64,000 bases of DNA from Octopus sinensis. Taxonomy: Eukaryota. The translations under genes and the position numbers were made by a program. Shown piece by piece: positions 1 through 64,000 of this stretch; the stretch's first letter is position 1, and every line of letters begins with the position of its first letter. The stretch covers positions 101,556,001 to 101,620,000 of the forward strand of contig NC_042999.1 of assembly GCF_006345805.1 (NCBI RefSeq). The letters are read 5' to 3'. The notes under the pieces are model-generated. The model ran no database searches. It was given only the letters and a program-made list of their open reading frames with translations, and had not been told where the DNA came from.

Positions 1-1563
1 TCTCCCTCTACACCTCAATTCCCAAATTTTACCATGGTCTCAGGTTGAGAAACAGAGCCCTAGTGTATTTTAAATATTGAATGAAATCTCTTTGATCTAA
101 GGTTAATGAGGATTAACTTGAGACTAAATAGTTACTACAATCCAATTAACCAGAACAATGACCACTGCCATCACCAACTTGGAAACCAATACAAGCTACA
201 CCACCATCTCTAGCAACCCACCAACTTTTGAGTAGCCTACTAACAACAACAATAGTGGTATCGGCATGATAACAATGTCTCTAGATATATGCTTTATATC
301 AATGCAATGGTGTGTTGAGTAGTGTGTATTTATGGCTCAAATCATAGGTGCAAGGGGCAAATTGCCCATGAACCTGGTAAACCTTCAAGAAACTGTAATC
401 ATGTAGTACTTCCACTCCTTCACCTTTTCATCTTCATATTTTCATTCTTACAACCATAAGAATAAGACAACAATTTTTGTTTACATAAAACAATTCTTTC
501 CTAATGCTATATTTTTTAATACTTTCATTATACCACACCCTTCACATAGTTGTCAACATATTTTGTGGAAAGTGCATACCCTATTATGATAGTAAGATTC
601 TTATTTATCCCGTCATATATTTTATGTACACATATTGTATTGTGTATGTTTAGCAGTTGTTATTTTCATGCTTGACCATTTTCTTTCTGTTGTTTTTTGA
701 AAATATCAGCTGGAACCCAAACTCAATGAGAAAATTTATTTCATGTTACAGGATTTTGCAATTCAGCTAGTTTTTCAGGAACACATTACTCTCATAGTAT
801 GGTGATTCCTGTACTTATTTTATTACTCTCTATTCTTTCAAATCACAAAGTTACATATATATCTAACATAGAGACACATGATTCAGCACACTGGTTTACA
901 CTAGTAAGCATAAGTATGGATATATGAACATACATATAGATATATAATAGACCTTTGCACAGTTTCTATATACCAAATTCTACTTACAAGTGGGTTTGAA
1001 CTCATTATATGATTGCAAAGTTAATCTCTTAACCACATAACCATGTGTATGTATTCACAAATCTCTTATTTATTAGGTTTTATGAAAATCATCAATTTAT
1101 ATCTTTGATTCTGCTTCTTATGGTCCATTGATTCTTATTCAGAGTTAGGTGAGCCAGAGGACCATGTATCATTCGTATATTCTATTTTGGATTGACTTCT
1201 ATGACTGGATGCTATTCCTAATACCAGCCACTTTATAGAACATACTTGAGGCATTTTATCATGGTACCAGCACTAAATAATGTCATGTCCTCAACAAAAC
1301 TAGAGAATCCTCTTCACCCAACATGCTTCATAAATTGATCCAAGGAAAATTAGGTTAGATTATTAGTTATACAGAAAATGAGCTTCATTCAGCTTGATTT
1401 GAATGTTTTACTTGCAGTTACTGGTTATATGAATGAAAGACACCATAAAAAAGAAAAGGTTCAAATAAGTAGTTGTATTATTACTTTAATTAGAAACATA
1501 CTTTTTTGAAAGATTCAAACATATTTCTGTAGTTTTGTTCAAACTTAAACATTTCTTTTACAG

Positions 1564-59780
<58,217 letters not shown>

Positions 59781-59877
59781 GTATTTTTTTTTTTTACATC
59801 TTTGTTAAATTGCAATACGACATGTAAGCTATTACCCTTTAATTATGCTAACAATACCAATGTGTGTGTGTGTGTGT

Positions 59878-60175
59878 GTGGCTTTGAGGTTAGGATATTC
59901 AGATCACAATCATAAAGTTGTGAGTTCTGTTCCCAGTAGCGAAACACTATATTTCACATTACTCTGCTCTACTCAGCTAGCAAAAATGAGTTATACCTGT
60001 AATTCAAAGGGTCAGCCTTGTCACATTCTGTTTCATGCTGAATCTCCCTGAAAACTATATTAAAGGTACGTGTCAGTGGAGTACTCAGCCACTTGTACAT
60101 TAATTTCACAAGCAAGCTGTTTCATTGATCAGATCATCTGGTACACTCTCTGTCATCTGACACAGTGCCAAAAGA
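59878..60175 (+). mobile_element. tRNA-headed SINE (family D)
   Basis: GTTGTGAGTTCTGTTCCC head; body CAGCCTTGTCACA...CTCAGCCACTTG. A reverse copy lies at ~5040-5275. Confidence 0.7.
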
Positions 60176-60191
60176 AGATATATATATATAT

Positions 60192-60372
60192 AGGGAGAGT
60201 TTACGAAAAAAACAAAAGACGAAGACAGATGGTGTACAAAACAAACAGATGTATTAGTATAACACTCAGGAATAGAAAAAAGTCTTTTACATTTCGAGCC
60301 TACGCTCTTCTATAGAAAGGGACACAAAAAACAAGGAGAGAAAAAAATGTGTATTGTGGCTAACGATCTATC
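60192..60372 (-). repeat. ~180-bp repeat embedded in (TA)n, possibly a Penelope-like terminal repeat or retrozyme-like unit
   Basis: Flanked by (TA)n on both sides; retains CpG; contains a degenerate hammerhead-like fold at 60282-60323. Confidence 0.4.
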
Positions 60373-60429
60373 ATATATATATATATATATTCACATGCTT
60401 TTTATAATTCATGTGCAGTAAACACAAAG

Positions 60430-61800
60430 GAAACAGATTTTCTCAAATGCTTAGAAGGATCTCAAGAGGTAATAGAAAACTTCTGTTATCTGGTTGACCT
60501 AATTAGCAGTGGAGGAGGATGTTCTAATAGTATAGTAGCTAGAGTAGGAACAGGTTGGACAAAAGTTCAGTGAGCTGTTACCTCTGTTGGCAACAAATGG
60601 TTTCTCTCTCAGAGTGAAAGGCAGTTTGTGTGATGCTTGTATGGATACTACAATACTACATGATTGTGAGACATGAGCCCTGAATGTAGAGAAATTGTGA
60701 AAACTAGAAAGAAATGAAGCTAGCATGCTTTACTTAATATGCAACATCATTGTGCATAATCACCAAAATCGAAATATGTTGAGAGAAAATGGGGCAATAT
60801 GAGAGAAAACGGCAGTAGCATGGGTATGTGATGCATATGGATACAGCAACTGTATAAAGAAGTACTAATTGTTAAATATTGATGGAAGCTGTAGAAGGAG
60901 ACCCAAGAAGGTATGGGGGGCCTAGGATCTTTACCTTTTGTCCAGCAGATTTAGAAAATAATTTTCTTTAACTAAACACTTTCAAACTTTGTATACTGGT
61001 AGAATGTGTCATATAAAACATCTTTTACTCTTAGCGTTTTTGAGAAAAGTTTATATATACGAAGTTATTTCATGTTAAAGTTGTTGTATTTCCATAATTT
61101 CAACCAATCAATGACGTGTATTCAGCTGAATAAAATTACTGCCGTTGTTTGTCAACAACAACTATCGGCAGTTTATATTTCATTTATCACTGTTATTTAT
61201 AATAACGTTTGTGCATTTGTACTGTTTTAGCTTTAAGGTTTTAGGGTTAGGGTTACGAAAAAAATGAAAACTGAAGAAATTGGAGGGGTAGAGGGGGACA
61301 AAAAAGTCTTTCCAAAAATAGTAGCTGAAAAGCAGTGGGGGGGGATACTAAAAGCAGTAGAAATGCACAAACGATTATGGTGGTGCCATGAAGTAAACAT
61401 ACTTCAGATACACTCGTTTATTCATACAAACGTAACTGAGATGAAATATATCATAAATAACAGTGACAAATGACATATACACCGCAGGAAGTTGTTGACA
61501 AGCAACAGCAGTAATTTTATTCAGCTGAATTCACGTCATTGATTGGCTGAAATTACCAAAATATGACAACTTTAACATGAAATAACTTTGTAAATATAAA
61601 CTTTTCTCAAAAATACTATGAGTAAAAGATGTTTTGTAAGATACATTCTACCAGTATACGAAGTTTGAAAGTGTTTAAATTATTTTTTAAATTTGCCGGT
61701 CAGAAGGTAAAGATCTGGGCCTCATAGTGGAGGTAACAATGGACCATAATGTGTAGCAGTACATGGAGCTCAAAAAGAGCTACCCATTACAGCAAAGGTG
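60430..61800 (+). mobile_element. Degraded RTE LINE 3' ORF fragment interrupted by a foldback MITE
   Basis: EVIENFCYLVDLISSGGGCS...LPLLATNGFSLRVKG...ERNEASM...RPKK up to ~60918. It resumes after 61721 (GGGCCTCATAG). Confidence 0.75.
60919..61721. mobile_element. Foldback-type MITE with ~300-bp inverted arms
   Basis: Left arm GGCCTAGGATCTTTACCTTTTG...AAACACTTTCAAACTTTGTATACTGGTAGAATG...CAGCTGAATAAAATTACTGC matches the reverse complement of the right arm. Confidence 0.88.
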
Positions 61801-62176
61801 AGGTTCTGAAAGCATACTGCGTATACAAACTGAGTCTCTCATCCACAAGCCTCCCACTTCTCCCTACCACTTATCCTTCCATGTCTCTCCTAACTACTGC
61901 CGTATTCTGCTGCTGTAATTAAATGAGAGCAGAATCATGTATTTTATCATCCTTTTCTGTGTTACCAGTTATCTCTTCCACTCTGTGGAACTACTTTCTT
62001 TGACATCCATCTTTCATTCTTAACATTGTACCTCTCCAGTCAAATTTTACCATCAACCGTCTCTTCACACTTCTTCATCATTCACTGTATTCATCCTCAC
62101 CCTACTTCTATCACACTCTCCCTCCACACTCTTGCAACCTCTATCCATTTCCCTTTCTTGATCTTTTTTCCATTAA

Positions 62177-63231
62177 CCCTTTCGTTACCAAACCGCCCGA
62201 AAAAAATTTTGGTTAATGTGACCAAAGCCGCCCAAATTTACCTATTCATATTTAAATGAGAATATCAGAGCAAATCTCTTTAGTACATTCGTGAAAACAC
62301 GTATTATACTTCGTAAAGAGTTCAACTACAGTTTTGTACAAAAATCGAAGTGTAATTTTAATTCCGTGAATTTTGGGAGATTTTTTTCGAAATTTGTTCC
62401 TATTGTGTTTTCAAAATTTGTAATTCTGACAAAAAATGGATACGAATTTCATTATATCAAGCAGCGAGTCAGAATTCGAAGGATTTTCTACTGAAGACCT
62501 TCATAAATCTAACTCTATGACTGAAAAAAAAAAGCACGTGGTATTTGATAATGAATCCGATGTTTCATTTTCCGAAAGTGAAAACAGTGAATCCGAGAGC
62601 TCCGACAGCGATAAAGAAAATGAATTGGCACCTGAATGGAGTGAAAATTTAAAAACTGTTTCTTTCGGTGATTTTTCTGAAGAAACTGGACCAAGCCACA
62701 GACTTTCCCATGAGAGTAAAGCCTTAGACTATTTCTTTTTACTTTTTCGAATGAGCCTATTTGAAATCATTACGGCGGAAACGAACCGTTACGCTGAATG
62801 TAAACAAAACGAAAGAAAGGATAGTTAGTGGTTTTCCACAACCTTAAATGAAATTAAGACTATTTTGCCATAAATATTATTATGGGTGTCAGAAAGTTAC
62901 CCAGAATAACAAATTCTATCGTAAAATTTTGTTGTATACCCAATTGAATATTAGCTAATAACCCATTTTCTATAGCGATGTTTGAACAAAATTTTAATAA
63001 TTTTATATTTTGTTGAATTTACCTGTATCTACCTGCAATTAGAGTCACTTTGTGACAAAAATTATAGTATAGAATTGGTTGAGAACATTTCATTAAATTA
63101 TCTTCCAAAATTCACGTTAAATAAAAAAGTTATATTTGTTTAATGAAACCAGACTAAATTTATGATTATGTAAGAAATTAATTGAAACGCATAAGGGGTG
63201 TATTTTGGTCAGAAATATAGTAACGAAAGGG
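62177..63231 (+). mobile_element. Internally deleted piggyBac element (1055 bp) with a transposase 5' ORF remnant
   Basis: TTAA TSD (62173-76, 63232-35) and a perfect 12-bp TIR CCCTTTCGTTAC. ORF 62436-62828 has an acidic N-terminus, then TGP...ALDYFFLLF...ETNRYA; after a stop, WFSTTLNEIK; after a frameshift, YFAINIIMGVRKLP. Confidence 0.92.
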
Positions 63232-63657
63232 TTAACAGGACACTTTCTACTTATAACTCACCTTACTTTGTGACTAAGAATGTGGTGTTAAGGATGCATA
63301 GAATCCTTGTTGCGTTTTATGAGTTTCAATTCCAGCATAAGTATACACACCCCACTTATCAACAGCTGAGTGTATGTTATCAGGTTTAGATTAAACTGAG
63401 CACATGTAAACATTCATAATACTTAATGACAATAGGAAACAACTGGTTGTAGCTGGTTTATAAGAAAGGAGTGGGGTGGGGTATGTAAAGAAATACTTTG
63501 AATGTTTGTAAACCCCCCCACCACAAGTACTAATATCTCATCTAAAAAAAATCTAGACATTCTTACTCCACCAAAAATGTCAGCCATGTTCATGTGAATA
63601 AATAGTTTTAAAAAATAAAGGTAACTTATTTTTAATAAATCCAGAGGGATTACTTAA

Positions 63658-64000
63658 CCAAATCAAAATAGATGAACATCAATGGAATTTGTATCCTTGT
63701 GGTACCAGTGCCGGTGGCACGTAAGAAAACCATCCGAACGTGGCCGTAGCCAGTACCGCATCGACTGGCCTCCGTGCTGTGGGCACGTAACAAACACCAT
63801 CCGATCGTGGCCGTTTGCCAGCCTCGTCTGGCACCTGTGTCGGTGGCACATAAAAAAAAAAACCATCCGAGCGTGGCCGTCTGCCAGCCTTGTCTGGCAC
63901 CTGTGTCGGTGGCACATAAAAACACCATCCGAGCGTGGCCGTCTGGCACCTGTGTCGGTGGCACATAAAATCACCCACTACACTCTCGGAGTGGTTGGCG
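63658..64000 (+). mobile_element. RTE 3'UTR copy with an expanded ~50-66-bp tandem hairpin array (runs off the window)
   Basis: Four units of TAAAA..ACCATCCGA.CGTGGCCGT...GCCAG...CTGGC...GTGTCGGTGGCAC, then the conserved CACCCACTACACTCTCGGAGTGGTTGGCG. Confidence 0.85.

Noticed and set aside
1-1563. URB1 start exon
   Set aside because: I found no ATG-led, basic N-terminal frame ending in a phase-1 donor; it is probably upstream of the window.
63700-64000. Repeat array resembling CRISPR
   Set aside because: There are no unique spacers, the units are homologous end to end, the array belongs to a LINE 3'UTR, and there are no cas genes.

Overview
Very AT-rich, repeat-laden animal genomic DNA. 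The repeat families and microsatellite load resemble what I know of octopus/coleoid cephalopod genomes; this is a recognition, not a database result. One multi-exon gene runs across the window on the + strand: URB1 (Npa1/NopRA1, nucleolar pre-ribosomal-associated protein 1). I traced 32 GT-AG coding exons from 1564 to 59780. Their phases chain without a stop over 5568 nt (about 1855 codons). The start exon appears to lie upstream and the last exons downstream of the window. Everything else is intronic: two mariner (DD34D-type) fossils, a maT/DD37D element, piggyBac-type elements and MITEs, a Helitron helicase fossil, a complete non-autonomous Helitron, CR1-like and RTE-type LINE fragments, several tRNA-headed SINE families, and a ~2.8 kb self-complementary (TA)n-CATG block. 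No prokaryote-type system (CRISPR, operon) and no second host gene were found. The most interesting signals are retrotransposition-mechanism footprints: a twin-primed 5'-inverted RTE-group insertion with an intact TSD, a SINE-head/CR1 junction, and truncations clustering at 3'UTR hairpins. Also notable are a degenerate minimal hammerhead-like fold in a (TA)n-embedded repeat and several long intronic inverted repeats that would form dsRNA in the URB1 pre-mRNA.
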